From Curvularia clavata (Eukaryota), in NCBI GenBank assembly GCA_023920165.1, contig CP089278.1, positions 1,426,001 through 1,490,000 of the forward strand: a stretch of DNA of 64,000 nucleotides, written 5' to 3'. Every line of letters begins with the position of its first letter. The first letter of the stretch is position 1. Below are positions 62,967 through 64,000 of the stretch, piece by piece. A model generated the notes under the pieces. It did not search any database. It had not been told where the DNA came from and was given only the letters and a program-made list of their open reading frames with translations. Position numbers and translations under genes: made by a program.

Positions 62967-63876
62967 TTAAGCATTGCTGACGGCCTGCACAATAGCACCC
63001 TTTGCGCCTTGGTCCAGACCGTCAAGCTTCGCCATGTCGTCCTCGTCCAGCTCGAAACCGTACACATCGGCGTTGCTCACGATCCGAGAAGGTGTGTCGC
63101 TTTTGGGGAGCGGCACAAAGCCTTTTTGGAGACTCCATCGGATGAGGACCTGGTTAGGCTCCTTGTTGTGTTTATTGGCGATACTGGTGAGCGTCTCGTC
63201 ATTGGCCTTTTCGTTGCGTACAATGGGGCAGTATGCTTCGATTACAATGTTGCGTTGCTTGCAGTAGTCGACAATCTCGCGCTGCTGACACCATGGGTGG
63301 AGCTGGTAAAGAAAGTTAGCCTTCATGTCCAACCGGACAGCGAGTGGGACATGCCTCGATTTGGTTCACAGCAGGTAGAGCATCCTTGCTGTCAAAAGTA
63401 GCAATCTCATCGATGTGCTGAATACCATAGTTGCTCACGCCAATGTCTCGCACCTTTCCTTGCTCTTTTGCCTTTTTCAGTGCTAGCCACATTATCTTCC
63501 TGGCCTCTTTGCCTCCGTTTGGGCTGTGAATGAGAAAGAGATCTGCATAGCCGTCCTTTCCGGCAAGCTTCTCAACACTGTCGATGATCTTCTTGTACGT
63601 CGACTCGACATCTTCACCAGGACTCAGGATTTTGGACGTAATGTAAACGTCCTCGCGTGGAAGCCCACTTTCGGCCACTGCCTGCCCAACCTGTTCTTCA
63701 TTGGCGTAGTATTGCGCTGTGTCGATGTGCCGGTAGCCGGCCTCGAAAGCGTTTTTGCACGACTTAACACATACGTCCTTGGGCGATAGGTAGACACCAA
63801 ACCCAATCTTTGGAATCTTGTACTGGGAAGTCGGCAAGTCGAAAGTTGAATTAATACTGAGTGTGCTGGTGGACAT
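62967..63876 (-). CDS. Aldo-keto reductase (GC-AG intron 63354-63303)
   Basis: IPKIGFGVY, GYRHIDTAQYYANE, YITSK, DLFLIHSP, IGVSNY, NQIE|LHPW and VPLPKS. Confidence 0.93.
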
Positions 63877-64000
63877 GGTGAATAGCGGGGTAGCAACAGT
63901 GAAAGGCTGCTTTAACAATGCTGTCAACGACGGATGAGTGATGTGACGGATTGCAGTGCGGGAAGTGCAGGAAGCTCGAGGCCATATAAGCATGCCAGGT

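Overview
Gene-dense eukaryotic genomic DNA from a filamentous ascomycete. Short introns with CTAAC/CTGAC branch points, a RIP-like mutated Fot1/pogo transposon and the gene content suggest a Dothideomycete, probably Pleosporales (inference). I can support about 21 protein-coding genes. In order: a partial Bem3-type RhoGAP, mitochondrial S13, cyclophilin B, DED1, a Ppo/LDS dioxygenase-P450 fusion, a DUF2235 hydrolase, a small PPxY protein, an AA9 LPMO-CBM1, a Gfo/Idh/MocA dehydrogenase, a Zn2Cys6 factor, a coiled-coil orphan, a GPI protein, an M20 peptidase, Cym1, taxilin, an MFS carrier, a hybrid-B-type peroxidase, nitronate monooxygenase, a Ppk16-like kinase, a Gap1-like permease and an aldo-keto reductase. 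The window also holds two intron-containing tRNA genes, one full-length DNA transposon with 51-bp TIRs and one nonsense mutation, and a decayed pseudogene. The best leads are: (1) a splice-donor switch in cyclophilin B that would give either a soluble HAEL-ended isoform or a 293-aa membrane-anchored isoform; (2) a ~360-nt structured H/ACA-like ncRNA candidate with its own promoter between two convergent genes; (3) a head-to-head oxylipin dioxygenase / Tle1-like lipase pair; and (4) a 91-aa spliced PPxY microprotein. All calls come from reading the sequence by eye, with no database searches.
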